NCBI GenBank assembly: GCA_965214835.1
Contig: CBDCCK010000002.1
Coordinates: 1,536,001 to 1,600,000, forward strand
Length of the DNA stretch: 64,000 nt
Direction of reading: 5' to 3'
Source: Nitrosopumilaceae archaeon
GTDB taxonomy: Archaea > Thermoproteota > Nitrososphaeria > Nitrososphaerales > Nitrosopumilaceae
The stretch's first letter is position 1. Each line of letters starts with the position of its first letter. Below are positions 53,621-63,845 of the stretch, one piece after another. Below the pieces are notes generated by a model. That model did not search any database. It was not told where the DNA came from and was given only the letters and a program-made list of their open reading frames with translations. The position numbers and the translations under genes were made by a program.

Positions 53621-53739
53621 AGTAAAAATTCTGTCTAGTCGTAAAAATCGAATCTGAAGAAGATCCATATTTTGGGCCTCGAAGATTACACAGAACCATT
53701 CTCTGGATCACTTAAATATTTCAGTATTGAGGAAGGGTA

Positions 53740-54741
53740 ATGAATGCGGTAGCGGCTGCCCTTGCGTTGCTCTCTGTCGCAGGCGCGGGCATGCTGTCGC
53801 TTGACGCAATGGCAGAGGTGCCGTCTCTGATGGCACAGCATGAGGCGGGGGTGCCGATACACGAGATACAGTGCCGGGATTCAAAGACGCTGATGGAGAC
53901 CGCACGCGGAACACCTGCCTGCATCAGTGAGGACTCGGTGCAAAAACTGCTGCAAAGGGGATGGGTGCCGGTAACACAGGCAGCAGAACGCCATGACCGG
54001 CAGCAGCCGGAGGCGGCAAAAACCGGAGGAGGCAACAGCATCGACGGCTCCGATGCCGGAGAAGGAGAAGGCGACGGCTTTGTGGTGCTGAGTGCCTCGT
54101 CTCCCGTGGAGTTCGTCGATGACGGGCGGGAGATCAAAAGATCCACAATTTCAAGACACCCTGCTCCGTGGCCCTGGTATGAAAGAATCATGGGCAGCGA
54201 CATAACCCCCGACGATGTCGGCCCCGACAACCAGATAAGACTGCCTGCAACGCAGCATGAAAAATACTTCATAAAACCCGGAGTAGGTTTCCACATTGGG
54301 GACTGGATGCCCACATACATTCCCGACGGACAGAGACTGCTGTTTGCAGAAACCGCGTGCTATCCTTCCGGCAATTGTGGTCTGGGCATACGTTTTGTTC
54401 CAACCGACTTTGTCTTGCATCAGAATGTAACCGATCATGACCTGCAGGTTTCCAAAGGGTTCAGGGTCTGGGCGCATTATAGCACTGTGCCACTGGATGA
54501 GATCGAAGACAGCATAGAATATCTAAAAGAATCCAGAGAATCACAGCATGGTAATTATGGTGGCTTTAGAGAGATGACGCGTGATGGCAAGACTGTTCTT
54601 GCCTACCAGGGCGGTAATTCGTTAAACCACTATTCAGCTGGTTTTGCCTATCATGTAAATGAGCATGTCGAGTTTGGCGTAGCGTCTAATTATCATACAC
54701 TTGATGAATTGCTTCCAGTCTTCAACAGCATAGGAAATTGA
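53740..54741 (+). CDS. Exported hypothetical protein with a thaumarchaeal Q...GV..EIQC..PAC..KLL.RGW module
   Basis: Signal peptide; 333-aa ORF. Confidence 0.75.
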   Translation: MNAVAAALALLSVAGAGMLSLDAMAEVPSLMAQHEAGVPIHEIQCRDSKTLMETARGTPACISEDSVQKLLQRGWVPVTQAAERHDRQQPEAAKTGGGNSIDGSDAGEGEGDGFVVLSASSPVEFVDDGREIKRSTISRHPAPWPWYERIMGSDITPDDVGPDNQIRLPATQHEKYFIKPGVGFHIGDWMPTYIPDGQRLLFAETACYPSGNCGLGIRFVPTDFVLHQNVTDHDLQVSKGFRVWAHYSTVPLDEIEDSIEYLKESRESQHGNYGGFREMTRDGKTVLAYQGGNSLNHYSAGFAYHVNEHVEFGVASNYHTLDELLPVFNSIGN

Positions 54742-55141
54742 CCGGATTTCTCATACTGTTCTTTACTGTCTTTGCATTGTGGGTCATCGCATATGATCAA
54801 GGCGCATTTGGAATCTTTGACTGTGCTGACCCCCGCTGCCATGTGTTGCAGCAGACCAGTCGTCCTGCCCCCATCGAAGGCATAGAGTATCAGCTGGATT
54901 CGCCGGATCGTGGATAGACAGGACAGCATGTGATAATGCCGCAGTAGCTGCCGGATGGCTCGTTGCAAATAGACTACCTGAAAACGAGGAACCCGAGTGG
55001 GTCGAAGCAGGAGTTACAAAAGGACATTTCCTAAACGTTGGATGCGTCGCCGTCTTGAGCACCTATTACGCTTTTAATAATGCAATTGGCGGTATGTCAA
55101 ATTACCAAGAATACCTGGTAGCAAACGGCCGCGTTGATCTA

Positions 55142-56242
55142 TAGTGACGATTAAAAGTCTTTGAGGTCAAAAAAAAAACCAGCAGCAACACATTTTGATC
55201 GCCATGTTCCATGTATTGCATGGATGCTGAACTGACGGAGGAGCTCAGAGCGGCATCAAAGACAGAAAAGGATCCCCCGGTCGTGCTCAGGATAGCAGCA
55301 GTCAACGCAGTCTGTGTACATGGTGAGGACGTAGGCAGCACGGCAAAACTTCTCATGCGTACCCCCAACTGCATACGGCAGTGGATCAGCCGCTTTGAGG
55401 AAGGGGGACATTGATGCCCCCCGGGATCACTCCCGCAGCGGAAGGCCGCCCAAGGTAAAGCCCGAGATCATCTCCGAGATCATCGATGATGCCCACGACG
55501 GCGTGATCACACCCAGGATTCTGGCCGTCGAAATACGCGACAGAACCGGCGTGCAGTACCACCCGTCCTCTGCCAGGAGGCTGATGAGGGAGCAGAACAT
55601 GTCGCCCAAGACGCCGGAGCTTGTGCACAAGAGCAAGGCAGATGTCTACACCATACGCAGGTGGCAGCGCAACGCAAAAAGGCAGATTTCACGCCTGGAA
55701 GGGGAGGGTTTTACCACCGTAATCCAGGACGAGTCGATCTTCGTAGACGCCCCGATCGTCGGGCGCAGGTACCGGTCTGCAGTAGGAACGCCGATCACGG
55801 TTACATACAGGGGGAACCGCCGCAGGACTGTGGCCTATGGCGCAATTGCCACGGACGGACGCCGCTTCCTCCGGACGTATGACAAGTTTGACGGCCCGAC
55901 ATTCCTCAGGTATCTCAAGGAGCTCCGCAGTCACTTTGGAAAGGTCCCGGTAATAATGGACGGCGCGTCTGCGCATACCACCCGGGATGTAAAAAAGTTC
56001 GTGGCAGACAATCCGGACACCGTAAGGGTCAGGTATCTGCCGGTTGCCACCCCGGAGCTCAGCGGCATGGAGGAATACTGGCACCGGGCAAAGCGGGACG
56101 TCCTCGTCTCCGAGTACTATGCAACATTCGAGGAGATGAGAAAGACGCTGTCAGAATACCTGAGGACTACCAGCTTCGCGGATGATATTATGTCGTATAT
56201 CGGGTCGGATCCGGGTTGATCAAAAACTTATGGTCGTCACTA
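55142..56242 (+). mobile_element. IS630-family element
   Basis: TIRs TAGTGACGATTAAAAGTCTTTGA / TCAAAAACTTATGGTCGTCACTA; TA duplication (55140-41, 56243-44) in a CTAG target. Confidence 0.92.
55211..56219 (+). CDS. IS630 transposase in two frames (55211-55414 and 55395-56219)
   Basis: HTH, SGRPPK, QDES, IMDGASAH and YLPVATPELSGMEEYW motifs; the frame break is at a G5 run. Confidence 0.82.
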
Positions 56243-57165
56243 TAGGCGACGACATATCAGTAAAGATACAAAAGTATCTGACAAACAATGTCCAGGTGTA
56301 TGTCACGACCCCGGACGTGACAAGCCAGTACCCACAGGCGCAGCTTGGCATGAATCCAGCCGATGCCTACTATGGCAACTTTGGAATAGAGGGAACCGTC
56401 TCTGCCACAGACGACTATTCGTCAATTCCGATGAGCAAGTTCACCGGCATGAAAATAAAGCAAAACGGCTCCTGGGAAAACCTTCCCGCCTCAGCCTCCC
56501 TGTCCCAGCCGTCCGTCTCGGAGGGGCACATCGGCAAGGAATGCCGGGGCAACTCGTTTATCGCAGGAACCGTGACATCGCTTGACTGCAACAACATCGC
56601 AACCAGAAACCAGGTTCCCACAGCCCAGAACAGGGCAATAGACGTGGCCACAAACGACAGGGTCACAGTCGACATAAACGCAATAGACACCGACGGCGAC
56701 TATCTGACGTTTTATCTTAAAGAGCATCCCACAAAGGGAAGCCTGAGCCACACCAACGTCACCGAAAAGATCCCGACCACAAACGGCACGTCCATCCGGC
56801 TCGAGTACACTCCGGCAAGCTCCACGCCGGAATCTGACACCATAAGGTACACCGTCACGGACAAGAGAATCGGCCACACAAGGGACCTGTGGGACTTCAA
56901 ATGATACATCAACTGGCAAACCTGCGCTTGTTCAGTTTAATCGAATATCTCCATCGACTATCTTCTGCATCTCAAACTGATCCCCCTGTCTAAAATCGAA
57001 CTTTAGCGTAAGCTGGCCTGCCCATATCAAACTAGGCGTGGATCAGAGAGACACAATCCTCCGCCGCTAAAGGGCCCGGGCGTTTTAACATAGATGGGAA
57101 GACTGGCCTAGGAGGTAAACTCCTACGTCTGGACTGTTTTGGAAGGGCTGGGGTTTCTGAACGGA

Positions 57166-57172
57166 TTTATAA
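57166..57172 (+). promoter_or_regulatory. Putative archaeal TATA box for pfdA-ftsY-argF
   Basis: TTTATAA about 24 nt upstream of ATG 57196 (leaderless spacing). Confidence 0.55.
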
Positions 57173-57195
57173 CCACCCGTGAGAGGCTTTTGTAC

Positions 57196-57618
57196 ATGAG
57201 CGAAGAGCAGACACAGCAACTAGTGCAGCAGCTGCAAATGCTTGAGCGGTACGCCGTTGACCTGTCTCAGAGGGAATCTACACTGGCAAACATCTTCAAA
57301 GAGGCCCAGTCTGCGATTGAGTCTGTCAGGGCGCTAGGGGAAAAGGATCATTCTGACACCCTGATCCCAATTGGGGTGGGCGTATTTATCAAATCCAGGG
57401 TATCATCCAAAGACAGCGTCGTGCTTGATGTTGGGGCGGGAGCCGCGCTTGAGAAGGACAGGGATTCGGCATTAAACTTCCTAGAGGCAAAAGTCAAGGA
57501 AGTCCAGGTTGCCATCCAAGACACCTCTGCAAAAAGACAGGAGGCCATGGGACGCCTGGAACAGGGAAGGCAGGAAATGCGCAAGCTTCTTCAGGCAGAT
57601 TCGCATCAGCACAGCTGA
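57196..57618 (+). CDS. pfdA: Prefoldin alpha subunit
   Basis: Coiled coils flanking TLIPIGVGVFIK..VVLDVGAGAALEK; ATG at 57196. Confidence 0.9.
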   Translation: MSEEQTQQLVQQLQMLERYAVDLSQRESTLANIFKEAQSAIESVRALGEKDHSDTLIPIGVGVFIKSRVSSKDSVVLDVGAGAALEKDRDSALNFLEAKVKEVQVAIQDTSAKRQEAMGRLEQGRQEMRKLLQADSHQHS

Positions 57619-57629
57619 GGAACAGCAAA

Positions 57630-58928
57630 ATGTTTGAGAAACTGACGAGTGCATTTTCGAGTGCCTCAAAGAGTCTTGGAGAAAAGGAGCTAAAGGAAAA
57701 AGACATTGAAGACGTTTTGCTTGATCTTGAAATAGCACTCCTTGAATCTGATGTCGCAGCAGAGGTAGTCGACTCAATCAAGGCTGATCTAAAATCTAGA
57801 CTGATTGGCGCAAAAATCGACAAAAACTCAACTGAGACATTCGTACGCGACAGCCTCATCCGGACCATATCCGGGCTATTTGATGGCGCGGGAAGGGTGG
57901 ATCTCTTTTCAAACATTGACAGCTTTAAAGAAAGAAACGAGCCCTACGTCGTGCTTTTTGTAGGCATTAATGGAACCGGGAAGACTACCAGCCTTGCCAA
58001 GGTCGCACACCTGCTCCAAAAGTCAAAATACTCCGTTGTCGTGGCCGCCGGAGACACCTTTAGGGCAGGCGCAATTGAGCAGCTAAGGGAGCACACAAAA
58101 CGGCTGAATCTGAAAATTATCGCCCAAAACTATGGATCAGACCCCGCAGCCGTAGCCAGAGACGCGGTGCTGTATGCAAGATCCCACAAGGTCGACTGTG
58201 TTCTGATCGACACTGCCGGCAGGATGCAGACCAGCAGGAACCTAATGGATCAAATTGAGAAAATAACCAAGGTCGTAAAGCCTCACCTCAAAATCTTTGT
58301 CGGCGATTCCCTTGCCGGAAACGACACCGTAAACCAGGCAAGGGAATTCCATGAGCATACAAAATTCGATGGCTCTATTCTGACAAAAAGCGATGCAGAC
58401 GCGCGAGGCGGTGCCGCCCTGTCCCTTGTAAGAATCACCTCCACGCCTGTCATGTTTGTAGGCGTTGGGCAGGAATACGATGATCTCAAGTCTTTTGACA
58501 AGGAGATGTTCTTAGAAACCGTGTTTGGAAACATAAGCGGCGTCGATCTAACCCGAGCGGTACCCGAATCACAAGAACAACCCCCCGAGCTACAAAAACC
58601 CACAGAGACACAAAAACCCCCCGAGCCCGAACAACCCACAGAGCCCGGACTAAAAGAGACTCCCGAACCACAAAAGGAGACTGATGATCCGTTTGATGGA
58701 ATCAGTGATGATGATATTGCAGACTATGCAGATCTCTACGATGTACCTGCCCCCGAATCCGACAACGATGCCAAAAAGATGGCAAAGGCTATCCGTGACT
58801 GGATAGAAACGGGAAGGCCTGATCCTAGCGGTGATGGTGACGACGGCGACGGCATCTGTGATGCTGGGAGGGAGCAGGAGGAAAAGCCTAAAAAGAAACG
58901 CGGCCTATTTGGATTCCTCAAGAAATGA
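57630..58928 (+). CDS. ftsY: SRP receptor FtsY
   Basis: GINGTGKTT, DTFRAGA, DTAGR, TKSDADARGG and GVGQ motifs. Confidence 0.95.
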   Translation: MFEKLTSAFSSASKSLGEKELKEKDIEDVLLDLEIALLESDVAAEVVDSIKADLKSRLIGAKIDKNSTETFVRDSLIRTISGLFDGAGRVDLFSNIDSFKERNEPYVVLFVGINGTGKTTSLAKVAHLLQKSKYSVVVAAGDTFRAGAIEQLREHTKRLNLKIIAQNYGSDPAAVARDAVLYARSHKVDCVLIDTAGRMQTSRNLMDQIEKITKVVKPHLKIFVGDSLAGNDTVNQAREFHEHTKFDGSILTKSDADARGGAALSLVRITSTPVMFVGVGQEYDDLKSFDKEMFLETVFGNISGVDLTRAVPESQEQPPELQKPTETQKPPEPEQPTEPGLKETPEPQKETDDPFDGISDDDIADYADLYDVPAPESDNDAKKMAKAIRDWIETGRPDPSGDGDDGDGICDAGREQEEKPKKKRGLFGFLKK

Positions 58929-59857
58929 AGCTCAAAAACAAGGACCTGCTTACGCTGGGCGAACTTGACAGGAAGGAGTTTTCCTATCTGATAGATTACG
59001 CCATGAGGCTAAAAAAGGAATTGAAGAAAAGCGCCGGGAAGAAACCGCTTGCCAACAAGACGCTTGCCATGATCTTCCAAAAACCATCCACCCGGACACG
59101 CGTCAGCTTTGAGGTCGGCATGTTCCAGCTAGGCGGCCATGCGGTAAGCCTCTCGTCAGCTGACATGCAGCTGGCCCGCGGGGAAACGATAGGAGACACC
59201 GCAAGAACGCTATCTGGCTATGTAGACTGCATCATGGCCCGCGTCTATGATCACAAGTCACTGATCAGCTTGGCTGAGAATTCCTCGGTCCCCGTAATCA
59301 ACGGACTGTCCGACTCGTTTCATCCGTGTCAGATTTTAGCCGACTTTATGACAATAAAGGAAAAAAAGGGGAAGATCTCCGGGCTAAAGATTGCATGGGT
59401 CGGGGACGGAAACAACGTCTGCAATTCCATGATCTACGGATGCGCGCTGGCCGGATCCGAAATCCACATTGCAACGCCGAAAGGATTTGAGCCAAACAGG
59501 GCCGTGATAGAAGAATGCAAAAGATCCACCGATGTAGTTCTGACTACTGATCCTGCAAAGGCCGTCTCTGCTGCCGACGTCGTCATAACCGACACCTTTA
59601 CCTCGATTCACAACAAGGATCCCGGACGCTTGAAAAAATTCCATCCAAAGTACCAAATCAATGATACCCTCATGAAAAAATCCGACAAGGACTCCATTTT
59701 CCTGCACTGCCTGCCTGCAACACGCGGGGTCGAGGTCACACCGTCAGTCATCGACGGGTCGCGGTCCGTCGTATGGGCTGAGGCCGAAAACCGCCTGCAT
59801 TCTCAAAAGGCACTTTTGCTTTCACTGATTGGCAGCAGGACTGCCCATGCCAAGTGA
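58925..59857 (+). CDS. argF: Ornithine carbamoyltransferase
   Basis: STRTRVSFE, HPCQILAD, GDGNNV, HCLP and AENR motifs. Confidence 0.95.
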   Translation: MKLKNKDLLTLGELDRKEFSYLIDYAMRLKKELKKSAGKKPLANKTLAMIFQKPSTRTRVSFEVGMFQLGGHAVSLSSADMQLARGETIGDTARTLSGYVDCIMARVYDHKSLISLAENSSVPVINGLSDSFHPCQILADFMTIKEKKGKISGLKIAWVGDGNNVCNSMIYGCALAGSEIHIATPKGFEPNRAVIEECKRSTDVVLTTDPAKAVSAADVVITDTFTSIHNKDPGRLKKFHPKYQINDTLMKKSDKDSIFLHCLPATRGVEVTPSVIDGSRSVVWAEAENRLHSQKALLLSLIGSRTAHAK

Positions 59858-59876
59858 GCCCCTTGTGGCACTTGTC

Positions 59877-59968
59877 GTGCGAGGTCACATGCCCCTGCCC
59901 AACCGGGAATGAAAATCACAGTTACGTACAGTTCCCATCCAACTGGTTGTAGGGCGGTGGCCACATAC
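59877..59968. mobile_element. 92-bp MITE, family B (reverse orientation, degenerate)
   Basis: GTGCGAGGTCACATGCCCCT..GAAAATCAC..AGGGCGGTGGCCACATAC. Confidence 0.65.
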
Positions 59969-60256
59969 TTCTGATCTATGGCCTGCCAATACCCGGGAAA
60001 ATACGCGCCTTCAAGCCTGAAGTTCAAGGCACTGCGCGCCGAGCCGGCCTGCGTCACAGGGGAATCCTCAGAAGGCGCAAAAGGGGCCTGCCGCACAAGT
60101 CGCGATGCTGGCAGCAGGAAGCAAACAGCTCAAACGGCAAATCTCGCACACGCCACCCTTGCAGAACCTGATTCTGATCAGACAAAATGCAGTCAGGATC
60201 GGCTCATCAGGGCACCGGCGCCCACAGGGCCAAGGCAGGGCCACAGGCACAGATGC

Positions 60257-60349
60257 GCAAGAGTTTGCACTCCTCCTGAAGATATGGGGTGGGGGGATGC
60301 GGTGATCAAGGTTATGACCTGCAGTGTCGCCTAGGGGGCAAACTCTTAC
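60257..60349. mobile_element. 93-bp MITE, family C
   Basis: TIR GCAAGAGTTTGC / GCAAACTCTTAC; internal GGTGATCAAGG..GCAGTGTCGCCTA. Confidence 0.72.
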
Positions 60350-60367
60350 TTTATTTTTCATCTAACG

Positions 60368-60375
60368 TTTATAAG
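60368..60375 (+). promoter_or_regulatory. Putative TATA box of the rpl18-secY operon
   Basis: TTTATAAG about 26 nt before ATG 60401. Confidence 0.6.
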
Positions 60376-60400
60376 AGCAATTCCGAGTTTTTGGCTATAG

Positions 60401-60883
60401 ATGGCCTATTCAAAAATCTTGAGAAGACTTCGGGAGGAAAAGACCAATTACAAAAAACGTGCCACCATGCTAGTCGGCAGGCATGACTTTATCACGGTCA
60501 ACGTCTCCAACGAGAACACGCAGGTGCAAATTCTCAAGCCGGAGATAACCGGGGACAGGGTCATAGCCTCAGCACACTCTAGATCCCTGTTGCAAAAAGG
60601 CTGGAAAGGCTCAAGAAAAAGCATTCCGGCCGCGTACCTTACGGGTTATCTGGCAGGCAAGAAAGCTATCGGTAGTGGCGCAAAGGATGCGATTCTTTAC
60701 ACTGGTACAAGGAAATACACCCAAAGAATGGCAGCTGCCCTAAAGGGCCTCATCGATGCCGGCCTCAAAGTGCCTGCCGATTCTGAAACGTTTCCTCCAG
60801 AGGGGAGAATCAACGGAGAGCATCTTACAGTAAAAAACGACATTTCGCAAGTAAAGTCCGCTATAGATGGCGAGGTAGGATAG
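60401..60883 (+). CDS. rpl18: 50S ribosomal protein L18 (uL18)
   Basis: RRLREEKTNYKKR..SAHSRSL..PAAYLTG..GLIDAGLKVP. Confidence 0.95.
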   Translation: MAYSKILRRLREEKTNYKKRATMLVGRHDFITVNVSNENTQVQILKPEITGDRVIASAHSRSLLQKGWKGSRKSIPAAYLTGYLAGKKAIGSGAKDAILYTGTRKYTQRMAAALKGLIDAGLKVPADSETFPPEGRINGEHLTVKNDISQVKSAIDGEVG

Positions 60884-61522
60884 ATGAGCCAGACACAACA
60901 GCGCGAGCGTAGAAAGCCCAGGGAACAGGAGGAGGAGGTCTGGATTCCAAAGACGATTCTTGGACGGAGGGTGTCTTCCGGCCAAATCACCTCCATGGAG
61001 GAAATCCTGGAGGCCGGACTGAGGATACAGGAGGCAGGCATCATCAAAAAGCTGCTGCCTGACTTGCAGTCGGAGGTCGTAGACGTCGGAATCATCCAAA
61101 AGATGACATCAAACGGACAGTCTACCAGATTCAAGGCAATCGTTGCTGCCGGAAACAGCAACGGCTGGCTGGGAATCGGCCAGGGCAAGTCAAAACAAAT
61201 GAGAATTGCAATTGAAAAGGCCACAAACGCAGCCTTTCTCAACGTAAACCCGATCAAGCTTGGGTGCGGCAGCTGGGAGTGCAGGTGTGATCAAAAGCAC
61301 TCGGTTCCCTTCAAGGTAAAGGGAAAGGGCGGGAGCGTCACGATTGAGATCCTGCCCGCACCAAGGGGCCTGGGACTGGTTGCCGGCGGAAAGATCAAGA
61401 GGCTGCTGGAGCTGGCGGGACTAAAGGACGCCTGGACCACCGCAAAGGGATCGACGGCGACCATGAATTCCACCTCAAAGGCCGTACTGCAGTGTCTTCG
61501 GCTGACATTCAGCCAGGGATGA
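60884..61522 (+). CDS. rps5: 30S ribosomal protein S5 (uS5)
   Basis: WIPKTILGR, GCGSWEC, HSVPFKV and PAPRGLGL motifs. Confidence 0.96.
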   Translation: MSQTQQRERRKPREQEEEVWIPKTILGRRVSSGQITSMEEILEAGLRIQEAGIIKKLLPDLQSEVVDVGIIQKMTSNGQSTRFKAIVAAGNSNGWLGIGQGKSKQMRIAIEKATNAAFLNVNPIKLGCGSWECRCDQKHSVPFKVKGKGGSVTIEILPAPRGLGLVAGGKIKRLLELAGLKDAWTTAKGSTATMNSTSKAVLQCLRLTFSQG

Positions 61523-61527
61523 TTGGG

Positions 61528-61995
61528 ATGGCAGGCGCATACCTCGTAGTCAGAATAAAGGGACTTGCCGACGTGCCGCACTGGGCAGCTACCACCCTCA
61601 GGCTGCTCAAGCTGGAGCGCAAATACCGCGCCACCATAATTCCCGCAAAGGACAACACCCTGGGAATGCTCAAAAAGGTCCAGCACTATATCGCATGGAA
61701 GGAGCTGGACGCCTCCCTTGCCAGGGATCTGCTTGACAAAAAGGCAAGAAAATCAGGATATCACAAGGTCTCCCAGGACGACCTTGATCAGCTGAAACTC
61801 GGCAGCATAGACGAGCTTGCAGCATCGCTTGCCGAGGGCAGGGTCTCGATGTCAAAGCTAAAGCCGCTAAAGCCGTGGTTTGCCCTGGCCCCCCCGAGGG
61901 GCGGGTTCAAAAGGAGCACGAAAAGGCTCTACGGACAGAAGGGAATCCTCGGGCAAAACAGCGAGCTGGACGTCATAGTCAGGAGGATGATCTAA
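61528..61995 (+). CDS. rpl30: 50S ribosomal protein L30 (uL30)
   Basis: YLVVRIKG..TLRLLKL..GMLKKV..LAPPRGGFKRS; likely start at ATG 61528. Confidence 0.93.
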   Translation: MAGAYLVVRIKGLADVPHWAATTLRLLKLERKYRATIIPAKDNTLGMLKKVQHYIAWKELDASLARDLLDKKARKSGYHKVSQDDLDQLKLGSIDELAASLAEGRVSMSKLKPLKPWFALAPPRGGFKRSTKRLYGQKGILGQNSELDVIVRRMI

Positions 61996-61996
61996 G

Positions 61997-62422
61997 ATGG
62001 CGACCCGACTGCGCAAGACAAGGAAGAACCGAGGCTCTAGATACTGCGGATGGGGGCAGGTCGCACAGCACCGCGCCAGCGGACACAAGGGCGGACTCGG
62101 CGTATCCGGCCAGCTAAAGCACCACTACAGCTCCATGCTAAAGGAGGATCCAAAGCACTTCGGCCACGGCTCCACCCGTCCCCCCCACCCGAACGTCACA
62201 GGCAGGTGGGCAGGCGTGCGCGATCTGGATGATCTGTTTGCCGCCTTTGGAAAGACCGAGGGCGGCAAGAAGATAGTTGATCTTGCCGGCAACGGAATAG
62301 ACAAGCTTCTCGGCGGCGGCAGGGTTTCAAACGCTTACACCGTAAGGGTTGACAGGTTCACCGCATCTGCCCAGCAAAAGGTTAAACAGGCAGGAGGAGA
62401 GGTGCTAGCTAGGGATGGCTGA
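61997..62422 (+). CDS. rpl15: 50S ribosomal protein L15 (uL15)
   Basis: RKTRKNRGSRYCGWG..KLLGGG..SAQQKVKQAGG. Confidence 0.95.
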   Translation: MATRLRKTRKNRGSRYCGWGQVAQHRASGHKGGLGVSGQLKHHYSSMLKEDPKHFGHGSTRPPHPNVTGRWAGVRDLDDLFAAFGKTEGGKKIVDLAGNGIDKLLGGGRVSNAYTVRVDRFTASAQQKVKQAGGEVLARDG

Positions 62423-63845
62423 GGGCACGGCAACGGCAATCATTCGAAAGGTCGTCTTTAGGGCAGAGCCGTACCTCCCCCAGGTTCCAAAGCCAAAAAA
62501 GAAGCTGCAGCTGCAGACCCGGCTCCTGTGGACCGGAATCGCGCTACTCATCTACCTTGTGATGGGCCAGACACCGCTGTTTGGCGCCACCGCGCCGGAC
62601 TTTGACTTTCTGCAGTTTGCCAGGGTGATCTTTGCGTCCCAGCAGGGAACCCTCATAGAGCTGGGGATAGGGCCGATTGTAACGGCAGGGCTGCTCATGC
62701 AGCTGCTGAGGGGCTCGGACATCCTCAAGTTTGACTTTAAAAAGCCAGAGGAGAGGGGAATCTTCCAGACTGCCACCAAGATGGTCACCTATGTCGTAAT
62801 CGTCGTAGAGTCCGTAGTCTACGGCATTGCCGTATACGGGCCGCAGATTACCGACCCCGGGGTGATCTGGATACTGGTGGGGCAGCTGATGGCCGCCTCT
62901 GTCGTCATCATGTTCTTGGACGAGCTGATCCAGAAGGGATGGGGCCTGGGCAGCGGGATAAGCGTCTTTATCATGGCCGGGGTGGCCCAGACCATACTCT
63001 GGAACATGTTCAGCCCGCTGCCTGCAGGAGACGGCGGCTCCATTGGCATCATGACGTACCTGGGACAGTCCCTCTACGCAGGGGATCTGTCCAACGTGAT
63101 GTTCCGGGCAAACCAGCTGCCCAGCATATTCGGCCTGTTCCTGACTGCTGCCGTGCTGCTGATACTCGTATACGTGCAGGGCATGAAGGTGGAGATACCG
63201 ATCGTCTCCACCAAGTACAGGGGGTTTTCGGCCGTATACCCGATAAAGCTGATGTACGTCTCCAACATCCCGGTAATCCTGGCCTCCGCGCTCACCGCAA
63301 ACGCCGTATTCATCGGGCAGATGTTCTGGGCCAACTTTAACCCTAGAAACGCAAACGAGTTCCTGAACATACTGGGACGGTTTGATCCGACCAGCCCGTC
63401 GACGCCGATCGGCGGCCTGATCTACTATGTTACCCCCCCGAGGGGGCTGGACGTTGCGGCGCTGGATCCGCTGCGGGCCGTATTCTACGTGCTCTTCATG
63501 ATGGGCATCGTCCTTGTATTTGGAAGGCTGTGGGTGGAGCTGGGCGGCCTCTCGCCCAAGAGCGCCGCGCAGAACCTGCTTGATGCAGACGTCCAGATTC
63601 CGGGCTTTAGGCGCTCAAACAAGCCCGTCGAGTCCATGCTAAACAAGTACATCCCCTCAGTCACGATTATAGGCTCGCTGATTCTCGGCGCGCTTGCGGG
63701 AATCTCCGATGTCCTGGGAGTCTTTGGCTCCGGAATCGGAATCCTTCTCATGGTCGATATCCTGATAAACTACTACAACCAGCTTGTCAAGGAACAGGTG
63801 GAGGTTGTCATGCCGCGGCTTGGTGCGTTGCTTGGCAGAAAGTAA
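62415..63845 (+). CDS. secY: Preprotein translocase SecY
   Basis: ELGIGPIVTAGLLMQLL, DELIQKGWGLGSGIS, YVSNIPVIL and IPGFR motifs. Confidence 0.97.
   Translation: MAEGTATAIIRKVVFRAEPYLPQVPKPKKKLQLQTRLLWTGIALLIYLVMGQTPLFGATAPDFDFLQFARVIFASQQGTLIELGIGPIVTAGLLMQLLRGSDILKFDFKKPEERGIFQTATKMVTYVVIVVESVVYGIAVYGPQITDPGVIWILVGQLMAASVVIMFLDELIQKGWGLGSGISVFIMAGVAQTILWNMFSPLPAGDGGSIGIMTYLGQSLYAGDLSNVMFRANQLPSIFGLFLTAAVLLILVYVQGMKVEIPIVSTKYRGFSAVYPIKLMYVSNIPVILASALTANAVFIGQMFWANFNPRNANEFLNILGRFDPTSPSTPIGGLIYYVTPPRGLDVAALDPLRAVFYVLFMMGIVLVFGRLWVELGGLSPKSAAQNLLDADVQIPGFRRSNKPVESMLNKYIPSVTIIGSLILGALAGISDVLGVFGSGIGILLMVDILINYYNQLVKEQVEVVMPRLGALLGRK

Larger units (their letters stand above)
54738..56904 (+). 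pseudogene. Exported protein gene interrupted by a frameshift (about 54908) and an IS630; C-terminal cadherin-like domain
   Basis: Removing the IS joins ..ANGRVDL|GDDISVKIQK.. in frame; TTG start at 54738 encodes a signal peptide. Confidence 0.7.

Noticed and set aside
55386-55414. Programmed frameshift in the IS630 transposase
   Set aside because: It needs a +1 shift at a G5 run rather than the usual -1 A-rich slippery site; mutation or sequencing error is more likely.
59978-60361. ORFs between argF and rpl18
   Set aside because: No recognisable protein features, and the region is largely MITE-derived.
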